From: an uncultured Gammaproteobacteria bacterium
GTDB taxonomy: Bacteria > Pseudomonadota > Gammaproteobacteria > JACCXJ01
NCBI GenBank assembly: GCA_963764725.1
Contig: CAVXTM010000016.1
Span: forward strand, 352,001-416,000
DNA: 64,000 bases
Reading direction: 5' to 3'
Positions 51,941 to 62,863 of this stretch are shown here, piece by piece. The translations under genes were made by a program, and so were the position numbers. Position 1 is the stretch's first letter. Every line of letters begins with the position of its first letter. A model generated the notes under the pieces. That model made no database searches. It had not been told where the DNA came from and worked only from the letters and a program-made list of their open reading frames with translations.

Positions 51941-52996
51941 TTAGGCCGCTTGTTGCAGCGAAGCCATGTCGATGACGAAGCGGTATTTCACATCGCTCTT
52001 GAGCAGGCGGTCGTAGGCTTCGTTGATCTGCCGGATGTTGATCTTTTCAATATCGCTGGTGATGCCGTGCTGGCTGCAGAAGGCGAGCATTTCCTGTGTC
52101 TCAGCGAGTCCTCCGATCAGCGAACCCGCCAGTTGGCGGCGCTGGAAGCTGAGATTAAAGGACGCTACCGGCAGGGGCTGTTCGGGAGCGCCGACCAGCA
52201 CCATGGTGCCGTCGCGCTTCACCAGGTTTAGATAGGCATTGAGATCGTGCTGGGCCGAGACGGTATCAATGATGAAATCAAAGCTTCTCGCGTGCGCCTG
52301 CATTTCCTCTTCATTCCTGGAAACAACCACCTCATGCGCGCCAAGACGTTTGGCGTCTTCGCTCTTGCCGGGAGAGGTGGTGAAGAGGACGACGTTGGCG
52401 CCGAAAGCGTTTGCGAATTTCACCGCCATGTGGCCGAGCCCGCCAAGGCCGACGATCCCGACTTTCTGTCCCTTGGAGACGTTCCATCGACGAAGCGGGG
52501 AATAGGTGGTAATGCCGGCGCAGAGCAGGGGAGCCACTGCGGCAAGATTCAGATTCTGGGGAACCTGGAGGACAAAATCCTCATCTACGACGATCATGGT
52601 GGAATATCCGCCATACGTAGTGCCCCCGGTCTGTTTTTCCAGACTGTTGTAGGTGAAAATCGGGCCCTTCTCGCAGAACTGTTCCAGATGCTCGCGGCAG
52701 CTGGGGCATTCCCGGCAGGAATCCACCAGGCAACCGATCGCCACGGTATCCCCGACTTTGAATTTGCGGACGTGATCGCCCACCGTGGTCACCTTGCCGA
52801 CGATCTCATGGCCGGGAACGCAGGGATAGACGGTATTGTGCCATTCGTTGCGGACCTGATGCAGGTCCGAGTGGCAGACGCCGCAGTAGAGGATGTCGAT
52901 CTGCACGTCACGCGGACCGGGCGGGCGGCGTTCGAAGGAAAACGGGGCGAGAGGGCTGGCGGCGGTTTGCGAGGCGTATCCAAGGGCAGCGGTCAT
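51941..52996 (-). CDS. Zn-dependent NAD(P) alcohol dehydrogenase (YahK/AdhC-like)
   Basis: CGVCHSDLH, GHEIVG, four-Cys Zn loop, LLCAGITTYSPL, GLGGLG and YRFVID. Confidence 0.93.
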   Translation of the reverse strand: MTAALGYASQTAASPLAPFSFERRPPGPRDVQIDILYCGVCHSDLHQVRNEWHNTVYPCVPGHEIVGKVTTVGDHVRKFKVGDTVAIGCLVDSCRECPSCREHLEQFCEKGPIFTYNSLEKQTGGTTYGGYSTMIVVDEDFVLQVPQNLNLAAVAPLLCAGITTYSPLRRWNVSKGQKVGIVGLGGLGHMAVKFANAFGANVVLFTTSPGKSEDAKRLGAHEVVVSRNEEEMQAHARSFDFIIDTVSAQHDLNAYLNLVKRDGTMVLVGAPEQPLPVASFNLSFQRRQLAGSLIGGLAETQEMLAFCSQHGITSDIEKINIRQINEAYDRLLKSDVKYRFVIDMASLQQAA

Positions 52997-53177
52997 GGGT
53001 ATCTCTCCTGTTGAGGGTTAGTTTATAAGCTGTATTTCGAACAAGCAGGGGGTGACGATGCCTGATTCGGTATAGTCACTGAAACCCGAGCTATCGGGCA
53101 TCCGAATGAATTCGTACAGCACCGTGTTGCTAACATCGGGTTCGGGCAGCTATTGCCATGTTCGCCCTCGACCAACG

Positions 53178-55082
53178 TCAGACAAAGCAGTCACAGCCGA
53201 ACCACCAAGGACTTCCCATGCCATGGCCCGGAGCACAATTCCGTATCCTAGCGAGTTCGGCCGAAATTATCGCGGTCCTTTGTTGTGCAAACGCGGTTGA
53301 CCGCGTGTAGCCACCGTACGTTGCCACCGGCGACCAATCCGGGGAGACCGGCAACTGCGGCGGCGAGAACCGTTCGAAGGGCGCGGCAGCGTAGACCACT
53401 TTCCCGCCTACAATCGTGAGCACCGATTCGAGCCGCTTGATCTCCTCCTCGGGAATGGAAAAATAATCCGCCGTAAGGACAGCCAAGTCAGCCAACTGGC
53501 CGGGAACGATGGACCCCTTCTTTCCTTCCTCGCTAGAGAACCAACTGCTGCCGACCGTGAAGAGCCTTAGCGCCTCCATGCGTTCGAGGCGATTCGCCTC
53601 AGGGTAAAGCGCGAGTCCACCGATGGTTTTCCCGCTAATCAACCAATAGAGCGCAACGAAAGGATTGTAGCTCGCGACGCGGGTTGCGTCCGTGCCCGCG
53701 CCCACAGGCACGCCCAGCTCCAACATCCGGTGGATGGGCGGCGTGCGCTGTGCTTGGTTTGCGCCGTAGCGATCAACGAAGTATTCACCTTGAAAAGCCA
53801 TGCGGTGTTGGATCGCGATGCCGCCGCCGAGCGCTTTGATCCTCTCGATGTTGTGGTCCGAAATCGTCTCGCAATGATCGAAGAACCAGTGGAGATCGCC
53901 GAAGGGGATTTCGCGATTGATTTCTTCATAGACCTTCAGGGCGCGCGTGATCGTCTCGTCGTAAGTCGCGTGCAACCGAAACGGACAGCGATTTTCGACG
54001 AGATGACGGATGACTGTCTTGAGCTCCGATTCCATCACGGGCGGCATATCGGGGCGCGGCTCGAGGAAATCCTCGAAATCCGCCGCCGAGTAAACCAGCA
54101 TCTCGCCCGCGCCGTTCATCCGGTAGAAGTCGTCGCCCGCTCCGGGCTTGGTCATCTGCGTCCATTGACGGAAGTCCGCCAACTCCTGCTTGGGTTTTTG
54201 CGTGAACAGGTTGTAGGCCAAACGCACCGTCAGTTCGCCACGCTTATGAAGTTCATCGATGACTGCGTAGTCGTCCGGGTAGTTTTGAAAGCCGCCGCCG
54301 GCGTCGATCGCGCTGGTGACGCCGAAGCGATTAAGCTCGCGCATGAAGTGGCGCGTCGAGTTCATCTGGTCTTCACGCGACAGCTTCGGCCCCTTAGCCA
54401 AGGTGGAATAGAGAATACTCGCGTTGGGTTTGGCGATGAGAAGTCCGGTGGGATTGCCCCGCTTGTCGCGTTGAATTTCTCCGCCCACGGGCGCGGGCGT
54501 ATCTTTCGTATAACCGACGGCGCGCAACGCGGCGCCGTTGAGCAACGCTCGGTCGTATAGATGCAGCACGAATACCGGCGTGTCGGGCGCGGCGCGGTTG
54601 ATCTCTTCTAAGGTCGGCATGCGGCGCTCGGCAAATTGGAACTCCGTCCAGCCGCCGACCACGCGCACCCATTGAGGCGGCGGAGTGCGCTGAGCTTGCT
54701 CGCGCAGCATCCGCAGCGCGTCGGCTAGCGACGGCACGCCGTCCCAGCGCAATTCCATGTTGTAGTTGAGGCCGCCGCGGATGGGATGCATGTGCGAATC
54801 GTTGAGCCCCGGGATGACCGTCCTGCCACCGAGATCGATGACCCGGGGCGTCGCGCCTCGCAGAACCAGGATCTCTTCGTTGGATCCAACCGCCGCGAAC
54901 CGCCCGTCCTGGATAGCAAGGGCCTGGGCGAATGATCGGCGTTCATCCTGCGTTGCGATACGGCCGTTCATCAAAATCAAATCCGGCTCTCTACCTCTTG
55001 TGGCCGTACTGCATCCTCCGAACAGATGGGACACTCCCATCAATGCGGCAAGTTTAAGGATTTCTCTTCGCGTCGGTTCCAT
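53178..55082 (-). CDS. YtcJ/NfdA-like amidohydrolase with a Tat-type lipoprotein signal
   Basis: MEPTRREILK...FGGC; PGLNDSHMH, RLHATY, DHCE, GAGTD and GQLADLAVL. Confidence 0.88.
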   Translation of the reverse strand: MEPTRREILKLAALMGVSHLFGGCSTATRGREPDLILMNGRIATQDERRSFAQALAIQDGRFAAVGSNEEILVLRGATPRVIDLGGRTVIPGLNDSHMHPIRGGLNYNMELRWDGVPSLADALRMLREQAQRTPPPQWVRVVGGWTEFQFAERRMPTLEEINRAAPDTPVFVLHLYDRALLNGAALRAVGYTKDTPAPVGGEIQRDKRGNPTGLLIAKPNASILYSTLAKGPKLSREDQMNSTRHFMRELNRFGVTSAIDAGGGFQNYPDDYAVIDELHKRGELTVRLAYNLFTQKPKQELADFRQWTQMTKPGAGDDFYRMNGAGEMLVYSAADFEDFLEPRPDMPPVMESELKTVIRHLVENRCPFRLHATYDETITRALKVYEEINREIPFGDLHWFFDHCETISDHNIERIKALGGGIAIQHRMAFQGEYFVDRYGANQAQRTPPIHRMLELGVPVGAGTDATRVASYNPFVALYWLISGKTIGGLALYPEANRLERMEALRLFTVGSSWFSSEEGKKGSIVPGQLADLAVLTADYFSIPEEEIKRLESVLTIVGGKVVYAAAPFERFSPPQLPVSPDWSPVATYGGYTRSTAFAQQRTAIISAELARIRNCAPGHGMGSPWWFGCDCFV

Positions 55083-55104
55083 GGTGGTAAATGATACGAA
55101 CCGG

Positions 55105-55488
55105 CTACTTGTGCGCAGCCGCAGCGGCAGGAACGACGTATTCGGGGAACTTCGTCGCCGGCGCGCCGTGCACCATCGTGTAGGCGTACTCGACACCCAT
55201 GCCGTACGCGCCAAAATGGTTCTTCACGATATCACTCGAGCATCACGGAGAGCGCAGTGACCGGCTTCGCACCCGCCTGGATCACGCGTTTCATCGCGTT
55301 GTCGTGAGCCAGCTGGCTCACATCGCCGCAGCAGTCTTCGACGACGTACACTTCGTAATTGTCGTGAATGGCCTGCATGGTCGGCAGCGCCACACAGGTT
55401 CAGTCCATAGTCCGGCGAGAACAATTTATTTCTTGCCGCTCTTTTCGATGGCCACGAAGTTCTTCGCACGGCCATTGTTCTGAGACAT
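55105..55488 (-). pseudogene. Degraded YcaC/isochorismatase-family hydrolase
   Basis: Fragments KK*IVLAGLWTE, CVALPTMQAIHDNYEVYVVEDCCGD and HFGAYGMGVEYAYTMVH, with a stop, frameshifts and internal deletions. Confidence 0.8.
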
Positions 55489-55527
55489 GATTTCTTCAAC
55501 CCTGTGTGCATCCCCAATTGCTCTCGC

Positions 55528-55680
55528 CTATCGATTGATGAATTCGATGAGCTTGGGAATAACCTGATCAGGCGCTTCTTCCATGAGCCAGTGCCCGACG
55601 TTGTGGACAACGACGCCTTCAACATTTGTGGGTACAAGTCCGCCTTGTTGAAGCAAATAGATTCTTTCACCGTGACCTCT
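55528..55680 (-). pseudogene. C-terminal remnant of an alpha/beta hydrolase
   Basis: TNVEGVVVHNVGHWLMEEAPDQVIPKLIEFINR*, paralogous to the C-terminus of 56210..57166. Confidence 0.7.
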
Positions 55681-56209
55681 TTGCATTTGGCAAAGAAGCT
55701 TTGTCTTCTAGTTGGTTGCGGCCAGAGGCCGCGCTAGGATTCTCAAGAGCTCTTTTTCTTCAAAAGCGAGGTTACGACTGAACCGGTCAGGTGTCAAACA
55801 CGCGCAATCTCGGTCCGGAATCGGGGGGATTTTCGGGTCGCCGGGTGGCTGTGCAGCGTTCAAGAAAAGGCGCCAAGGTACAGATTCAATCCACTCTAGT
55901 ACTTGACTGCTGCGTTTGGATCGGTCGATCGCTAGAACTCCAGGATGGCGCGACTTAGCTCGTCCGGGCATTCTTCCTGAGGGTAGTGGCCGCCGCGAGG
56001 ATTCCTCCCCGCACATTGTCACCGAGCGGTTGTATCGTCTTGAGCAGGGTGCCACCGAAGGACCTTTCCGATCTAACCATCGCGATCGGACTTACCAACG
56101 GCTACAATGGTCTTGCGATCAGCTTCCGCCACGCGCCCGACGCAAGGCCAGCGAAGTGAATGTCGCACCGCGGTCCGCGCAGCCTGAGAACCAACTCTGT
56201 GAGAGAGCC

Positions 56210-57166
56210 ATGATGTTTCCGAATACGTGCAAATCGAAGCGTAGCGAAAAAGGTTGTTGGAAGTTCCATTTTTGCATTTCTTTGTTCGCTTTGCTCCTTC
56301 TATCGGCACCTGAGATAGGGCAAGCTGCAACAGCGACCAGTCCCATTGTCTCGCACACTTCAAAGGTTGAAGGACTCAAGTTGCATTACCTGACAGCTGG
56401 TCACGGCGCACCGCTGATCCTACTGCATGGCTACACACAAACATCGCGTATGTGGAAACCGATTATCCCAATTCTTGCTGAGAAATTCACAGTGATCGCG
56501 CCCGACCTGCCGGGGATAGGAGAATCGGAGATCCCGGCGGATGGGTTGGACATGCAAACTTCCGCCATCCGCATCCACGCGCTCGCCAAGTCACTAGGTG
56601 TCGAGAAAGCGAGAGTTGTCGGCCACGACATTGGGCTGATGGTCGCCTATGCATACGCCGCGCGGTTTCCGGCGGAGGTGGAGAAGCTCGTGGTGATGGA
56701 TGCTTTTCTCCCAGGCGTGGCCGGATGGGAGACTGCGTACAATAACCCGGGTATCTGGCATTTCCGCTTCAACGGTCCGACGCCAGAAGCGTTGGTGCGC
56801 GGACGTGAGCGAACATATTTCGAACACTTCTGGAACGACTTTGCAGCCGACAAGATGCGTTCGGTTCCAGAAGCAGATCGCAGAACCTACACGGCGGCCT
56901 ACGCCCGTCCAGGACGCATGCGAGCGGGCTGGGCGTATTTCGTTTCGTTTCAGCGAGCAGCGAAGGATTTCGCGCAGCTTTCTCATACCAAACTGACGAT
57001 TCCAGTCCTTGTGATAGGCGGCGAAAAGTCCATGGGAGAATTGCTGGCGCAGCAGATGAAGCGGGTCGCTTCAGATGTGACGGTTGTTGTCCTGAAAGAC
57101 ACTGGACATTGGGTGCTGGAGGAACGTCCTATGGAGACGACCGAAGCATTGGTGAAATTCTTATGA
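56210..57166 (+). CDS. Alpha/beta hydrolase, epoxide hydrolase (Cif)-like, probable signal peptide
   Basis: LLHGYTQT, nucleophile Asp in GHDIG, cap WHF and catalytic His in TGHW. Confidence 0.82.
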   Translation: MMFPNTCKSKRSEKGCWKFHFCISLFALLLLSAPEIGQAATATSPIVSHTSKVEGLKLHYLTAGHGAPLILLHGYTQTSRMWKPIIPILAEKFTVIAPDLPGIGESEIPADGLDMQTSAIRIHALAKSLGVEKARVVGHDIGLMVAYAYAARFPAEVEKLVVMDAFLPGVAGWETAYNNPGIWHFRFNGPTPEALVRGRERTYFEHFWNDFAADKMRSVPEADRRTYTAAYARPGRMRAGWAYFVSFQRAAKDFAQLSHTKLTIPVLVIGGEKSMGELLAQQMKRVASDVTVVVLKDTGHWVLEERPMETTEALVKFL

Positions 57167-57218
57167 CGCGATCGCAAGAATTACACGAAAGGCATTCATT
57201 ATGGTTGTTGAGGAGACG

Positions 57219-58859
57219 ATGTCGAAGCGGTCCTCTTCGCGACGGATAGACATGGCGCATACGAACCGACGCCCATCGGCGTGGGCGCCGCTGCGACGTC
57301 CCCTGTTTCGCGCGCTTTGGATCGCGGCAGTCGTCTCTAATATCGGGACTTGGATGCATGATGTTGGCGCGAGCTGGCTCATGACCTCGCTCGCGCCCTC
57401 ACCGCTGATGGTGGCGCTGGTACAGGCGGCGACGAGCTTACCCATGGTTTTCTTGGCGCTACCCGCGGGCGCACTGGCGGACGTCGTTGATCGTCGCCGT
57501 TATCTCATCGTCACGCAGCTTTGGATGCTCGTGACGGCGGCGCTCCTCGGCACGTGTACCTGGATCGGCATGACAAACGCGTGGCTCCTGCTTGCCTTCA
57601 CGTTGGCACTGGGCGGCGGCGCAGCGATGACCATGCCGGCCTGGGCGGCCATCTCCCCCGAGCTGGTCCCGCGGGAGGAGCTTCAGGCCGCCGTTACCTT
57701 GAATGGTCTAGGCATGAACGTCGCGCGCGCGATTGGACCTGCGCTCGCGGGCCTCATCGTCGCAGCGTTTGGGCCCGCCACGGTGTTTTTGCTAAACGCC
57801 GTGTCGTTTCTCGGCGTGCTCGCCGTGCTGTTTCGCTGGCGGCGTACCCCCCGGGAAAGCACGCTACCAGCGGAGCGTCTCTTCGGCGCCATGCGCGCGG
57901 GGTTGCGCTACGCGCGCCATTCGAAAATGCTACAAGCGGTGCTTATGCGTGCGGCGGCATTCTTCCTATTTGCGAGTGCGCCGTGGGCGTTACTGCCCTT
58001 GTTCGTGCGCCAAGAGATCGGCGGCGGCCCGGATGTCTACGGTCTGTTCTTAGCCGCGATTGGGGTGGGGGCCGTCGTCACCGCGTTTTTCCTGCCGCGT
58101 ATACGGACCAAGCTCTCCTGCGATGCCTTAGTTGCACTGGCCACGATCATCTACGCGGTGGCCGCCTTGATGCTAGCGCAGGTGCGCAATGTATACGCCT
58201 TGCATGCGGTCATGTTCGCGATGGGTGCGGGTTGGATCACGGTGATGTCCTCGCTCCAGGTCGCTGCACAAGCGGCGCTGCCCGGGTGGGTACGGGCTCG
58301 GGGTCTGGCCTGTTTCATGGTCATCTTCATGGGCGGTATGGCGGGCGGCAGCGTGCTCTGGGGGCAAATCGCAACTATCGTGGGCATGCCGCAGGCGCTC
58401 ACCGCGGCCGCCGTCGGCGCGCTCTTCGGCGTGGCTTTGACCTGGCCCATTCGCATCGGCGGTCACGAAGGCGTGGAGCTCGTGCCCTCCATGCATTGGC
58501 CGGCACCCTTGGTCGCCCAGGAACCGGAGATGGATCAAGGTCCCGTGATGATAACGCTTGAGTACCGTGTGGATGCCACGTATACGGAGCGATTTTTGAG
58601 CTTGATGCAAGGCTACCGAGCGATGCGCCGACGCGATGGTGCCTTTTTCTGGGAGTTATTTCGTGATACGGCGGATCCCTTGCGCTTCGTCGAGTGCTTC
58701 ATGGTGGAGTCCTGGTTGGAGCACCTGCGCCAGCACGAGCGCGTCACGGTGGCCGACCGCACGATTCAGGAGGAACTTAAGCGTTGCCTTTTGGGTGAGG
58801 ATTATCCCCGTGTCTCCCACTATCTTGCGGAGCCTCTCCCTCGCACTCAGAGCCGCTGA
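57219..58859 (+). CDS. MFS transporter (MFS_3/DUF894 type with C-terminal soluble domain)
   Basis: FRALWIA...SNIGTWM, GALADVVDRRR, NVARAIGPA and SWLEHLRQHERVT. Start position uncertain. Confidence 0.88.
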   Translation: MSKRSSSRRIDMAHTNRRPSAWAPLRRPLFRALWIAAVVSNIGTWMHDVGASWLMTSLAPSPLMVALVQAATSLPMVFLALPAGALADVVDRRRYLIVTQLWMLVTAALLGTCTWIGMTNAWLLLAFTLALGGGAAMTMPAWAAISPELVPREELQAAVTLNGLGMNVARAIGPALAGLIVAAFGPATVFLLNAVSFLGVLAVLFRWRRTPRESTLPAERLFGAMRAGLRYARHSKMLQAVLMRAAAFFLFASAPWALLPLFVRQEIGGGPDVYGLFLAAIGVGAVVTAFFLPRIRTKLSCDALVALATIIYAVAALMLAQVRNVYALHAVMFAMGAGWITVMSSLQVAAQAALPGWVRARGLACFMVIFMGGMAGGSVLWGQIATIVGMPQALTAAAVGALFGVALTWPIRIGGHEGVELVPSMHWPAPLVAQEPEMDQGPVMITLEYRVDATYTERFLSLMQGYRAMRRRDGAFFWELFRDTADPLRFVECFMVESWLEHLRQHERVTVADRTIQEELKRCLLGEDYPRVSHYLAEPLPRTQSR

Positions 58860-58948
58860 ATGGGATGTGGGCACTCATCGCACTGATGGCGCTTTGCGTG
58901 CTTGACGGTCGTAATGGCGCCAATATGCGAGCAAGTTACGTCGGGCAT
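58847..58948 (-). pseudogene. Truncated UBP-type zinc-finger protein
   Basis: Strong ribosome-binding site, then MPDVTCSHIGAITTVKHAKRHQCDEC before an abrupt end. This family commonly follows cNMP-TrxB genes. Confidence 0.6.
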
Positions 58949-58961
58949 CGTTATCCTCCTC

Positions 58962-60356
58962 CTACTCGGACAGCACCTGATGGACGAAGGAGATCGCGAT
59001 CGAGCCCTCGCCCACTGCCGACGCGACACGCTTGATATTGCCGCCCCGGACGTCGCCGACCGCGAACACTCCGGGCAGACTCGTTTCGAGAAGATGGGGA
59101 TGCCTGGCGAGCGGCCAATGCGCGGCAGCCAAATCGTCCCGTGACAGATCCGGCCCCGTCTTGATGAAACCTTTGGCATCGAGCGCCACGCACCCATCGA
59201 GCCACTGGGTGCTGGGAACGGCACCTGTCATGACGAAAACGTGTCGGATGTCGTGGGTCTCGATGCTTCCGGCCTGATCGTCCCGCCAGCGCACGCGTTC
59301 AAGATGATTACTACCTTCGAGGGCCACGATTTCGGTCTTGGTTCTGAGGACGATGGCCGGATTCTGTTCTATGCGACGAATCAGATAGCGCGACATGCTC
59401 TCCGCCAACCCCTTCGATCGCACGAGCATGTGCACGCGTTTCGCCGTTTGTGCCAAGAACACCCCGGCTTGGCCGGCCGAGTTACCTCCGCCCACCACAA
59501 CAACTTCTTCACCACGGCACAACTGCGCTTCCATGAATGTCGCGCCGTAGTACACCCCAACGCCTTTGAACTCCGATAGGTTTTCGATTGTCGGTACTCG
59601 GTACTCGGCGCCGGTAGCGATAATGATCGTGCGCGCTTGCACGCGCGAATCGCCGTCCATCTCAATGGCGTATGGCTTGCGATCGCACACGAGGCGTTTG
59701 GCGCCTTTGGCGATGATCACCTGCGCTCCAAACTTCTGCGCCTGGGTGTAAGCGCGTCCCGCGAGCGCTTGACCCGAGATGCCGGTTGGAAAGCCAAGAT
59801 AGTTCTCGATCTTCGAACTGGAACTGGCCTGTCCCCCTGGCGAGTTCGTCTCCAGCACCAGAACATTCAGGCCTTCCGAAGCGGCGTAGACGGCCGCCGC
59901 GAGTCCCGCGGGTCCCGCGCCGACGATGACCACGTTGCGTATCAGGGTCTGGTCGATGGCGTCATTCAAACCAAGGCAGTTGGCGATCTGCTGGTTGGTA
60001 GGGTTCCGCAGCACCACCTCGCCACGACAAATCAGCACGGGTACGTCGGCGGCACTGACGTGAAACCGGTCCAGCAACGCCTGAACGTCGGCGTCACGCT
60101 CGAGATCGATGTAGGAGTACGGATGGCCGTTGCGCATCAGGAACTCTTTGACGCGGAGCGTTCCAGAGCAATGATTCGACCCGACGACCACGACATCGCC
60201 GAGCCCATGCGCGATCAACTCCACCCGGCGCACGATGAAGGCCCGCATGATGAGCTCGCTGAGCTCGCTGTCGGTCTGCACGAGCGCCAACAAGTGTTCG
60301 TGATCCAGCTCGATCACTTCGCCCGACTCACTGGCGCGCGCTCGGACAAGCACCCA
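58962..60356 (-). pseudogene. cNMP-domain thioredoxin reductase-like flavoprotein, 5'-truncated
   Basis: GAGPAG, IENYLGFPTGISG, GGGNSA and GDVR...KRVASAVGEG. Begins mid-cNMP domain (VRARASESGEVIEL). No CxxC (YGAT instead). Confidence 0.75.
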
Positions 60357-60419
60357 GTGGCTCGAAATGGTGCGACCATCAAGCACTGCTCCGCTGGAAT
60401 CGGCATTTGGCCTTGGGCG

Positions 60420-60708
60420 AGCAACGACCAGGGTGGGGCGAACCGCGCCGGTGGTAGAAGCGACGACGCCAGTGCTGCGCGAGCGACTTTTTCATTGTGA
60501 ACATTTCAGGTTGTGGCGACTCCGCGGAGAATCGCTATTCACTGTCGGCGCGGCAGGCGCGCCGCGCGTGCTGGTGTGCATCGACGGCGATGGGCAGCTG
60601 GAGCACAATGGCGCCATTTATGCCGTCGGTAAAGGCGACGTACTGCTCTTGCCGGCCGTGGTCGGAGCGTGTGTCTGTCCGCCGCGGGGTACAGTGAGCT
60701 TGTTATAA
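60420..60708 (+). pseudogene. C-terminal fragment of a mannose-6-phosphate isomerase-like cupin
   Basis: RERLFHCEHFRLWRL...VGKGDVLLLPA, upstream of PMM-like and GH130 genes. Confidence 0.6.
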
Positions 60709-60735
60709 GTTGCGCCGAATGCGGAATAAGCAACA

Positions 60736-61494
60736 ATGAAAAAGCTAATTGTTTTCGACCTGGATGGTACGCTTGCCGAAAGCAAAGCGTCTCTTGATGC
60801 CGAAATGTCAGCGCTTCTGCGTGACCTTCTCAGCATCGTCAAAGTGGCCGTCATTTCCGGAGGCGATTGGCCACAGTTCGAAAGACAACTGCTCTCCAAT
60901 CTTCCCCATGACCAACGCCTAAAGAATCTATCTCTCCTCCCTACATGTGGGACAAAGTTCTTCCGCTATGAAGGAGCTTGGGAAAAGATCTATTCAGAAG
61001 ACTTCACCGAGAACGAAAAGGAGACCATCATCAGTTCACTGAACAAGGCGCTTGAATTGTCGGGTTTCAAGTCAGGAAAGCACTGGGGAGAAGTGATTGA
61101 AGACCGGGGCAGTCAGATTACATTCTCGGCATTAGGTCAGCAGGCCCCCATTGAAGAAAAGAAAAAATGGGACCCGGATTTCGCCAAGCGGAAGAAAATC
61201 AAAGCAATCCTTGAAACCATTATTCCTGACTTTTTCGTCCGACTGGGTGGCACGACATCTGTTGATGTCACAAAGCCTGGCATCGACAAAGCCTACGGTA
61301 TCAGAAAACTCCGAGACATCCTTGGCATTACAATTAACGAGATGATTTTTATCGGGGATGCGTTGTTCCCCGGTGGCAATGACTATCCGGCCAAGGAAGC
61401 AGGCGTTGTTTCTATCCAAGTCAGAGATCCCAATGAGACTAAGCGGGTTAGCGAGGCAATCATCGCTTGTTTGGATTGTATTCAGCAACCATGA
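60736..61494 (+). CDS. HAD-IIB hydrolase, eukaryotic-type phosphomannomutase-like
   Basis: FDLDGTL, ISGG, IEDRGSQITFSALGQ, GGTTSVDVT, DKAYG and GDALFPGGND. Confidence 0.88.
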   Translation: MKKLIVFDLDGTLAESKASLDAEMSALLRDLLSIVKVAVISGGDWPQFERQLLSNLPHDQRLKNLSLLPTCGTKFFRYEGAWEKIYSEDFTENEKETIISSLNKALELSGFKSGKHWGEVIEDRGSQITFSALGQQAPIEEKKKWDPDFAKRKKIKAILETIIPDFFVRLGGTTSVDVTKPGIDKAYGIRKLRDILGITINEMIFIGDALFPGGNDYPAKEAGVVSIQVRDPNETKRVSEAIIACLDCIQQP

Positions 61495-61512
61495 TCTTTG
61501 TGAGGAGAGTCG

Positions 61513-62616
61513 ATGCCTGGATTTCAGTTGCAGCGCCTTGGGTTGGTGATGGAGCCGGAGCCGGGCAATCCGCTGGAGGTCGAAGGCGTCCTGAACCCAG
61601 CTGCCGTTCGTGGCCCTGATGGTCAGCTTTACCTCTTCCCGCGGCTGGTCGCGCGGGGCAATTACTCGCGCATCGGCATCGCACGCGTGCGGTTCAATGA
61701 GGCCGGCGACCCGACGGGCGTCGAGCGGCTCGGTATTGCACTGGAGCCCGAAGCGGATTACGAGCGGCGACCCGACGGTAGCGGCGGCTGCGAGGATCCG
61801 CGTATCACGTTTGTCGAACCGCTCCAGCGCTACGTGATGACTTACACGGCGCTTTCGCCGGAAGGCCCACGGATCGCCCTGGCGGTATCCGAGGACCTGT
61901 TCCACTGGCAGCGCCTGGGGCTGGCGACCTTCCGGCCGTATGACGGCATCGAGTTCGACGGCGTGGACAACAAGGACGCCAGCGTCTTCCCTGTCGCCAT
62001 TCCCGATCCATCCGGACAACCGGCAATGGCCATCCTCCACCGGCCGCTCTTTCCCGGGACTCGTCCGGAGGAAACGGCGTGCCACCCTGCGTCCCGCTTG
62101 GTGGATCTCCATCGCGAAAGCATCTGGATTTCCTATTGCCCAACGGCCATGGAGGACTGTGAGCCGTATCACCTCTGCCACTTTGGCTCGCATCACCGGC
62201 TGGCCACTCCGGTGGCGCCCTGGGAGCGGCTCAAAATCGGCGGCGGCACTCCGCCCATCCTGACCCGGCACGGTTGGCTGATCATTTACCACGGCGTCAG
62301 CGAAGCCTGTCGGAGCCTGACCGAATCGACGGACGCAAACTGCGCTACTCGGCTGGGGTCATGGTGCTCTCGGAGGAGCATCCGCGCGCTCATCCGCTAT
62401 CGTTCGCCGGAGCCAGTGCTGACGCCGGAGTTGCCGCAGGAACGCCAAGGGATCGTCGCCAACGTCGTGTTTCCCACCGGCATCGATCGGCGCGACGATC
62501 TCGGCTCGCCGGATCGCTTCGACGTTTATTACGGGATGGCCGACAACCGGATCGGCGTGGCGCGCCTTGACCTGCCGGAATGCCTGCCGCCAGGGGCCGT
62601 CGCCGACCGCCCGTAA
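61513..62616 (+). CDS. GH130-family beta-mannoside phosphorylase/glycosidase
   Basis: GVLNPAA, GCEDPRIT, NKDA, LHRP, KIGGGTPP, NVVFPTG and YYGMAD. About 62305-62388 is out of frame (compensating indels). Confidence 0.85.
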   Translation: MPGFQLQRLGLVMEPEPGNPLEVEGVLNPAAVRGPDGQLYLFPRLVARGNYSRIGIARVRFNEAGDPTGVERLGIALEPEADYERRPDGSGGCEDPRITFVEPLQRYVMTYTALSPEGPRIALAVSEDLFHWQRLGLATFRPYDGIEFDGVDNKDASVFPVAIPDPSGQPAMAILHRPLFPGTRPEETACHPASRLVDLHRESIWISYCPTAMEDCEPYHLCHFGSHHRLATPVAPWERLKIGGGTPPILTRHGWLIIYHGVSEACRSLTESTDANCATRLGSWCSRRSIRALIRYRSPEPVLTPELPQERQGIVANVVFPTGIDRRDDLGSPDRFDVYYGMADNRIGVARLDLPECLPPGAVADRP

Positions 62617-62863
62617 CAAAGGTCTGGACATTATGACTACCGCTGAGAGAGGCTGATGGGGACCCCCGAAGATTAGACATCCTGCGCAAGGACAACCGCG
62701 TTTGACAACTCGCTAGGTCATCAGTACCCTTTTCTTTCAAGGCGAAAAAGGGCGTTTGTTCTTCCTTCGTAGGGCGGCCCTAGCCCAACCAAATGCCGGA
62801 CGGACTTTTTTGCCAAATGCTAAAGACGTCACGGGAAAAAAATCAATACCCATACCCCACCCC

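Noticed and set aside
53058-53102. Structured RNA upstream of the alcohol dehydrogenase (gatgcctgat...atcgggcatc stem)
   Set aside because: A single imperfect hairpin with no recognisable riboswitch features.
62305-62388. Novel insertion in the GH130 protein
   Set aside because: The expected sequence (LRYSAGVMVLS) is in another frame, indicating compensating indels that are probably sequencing errors.
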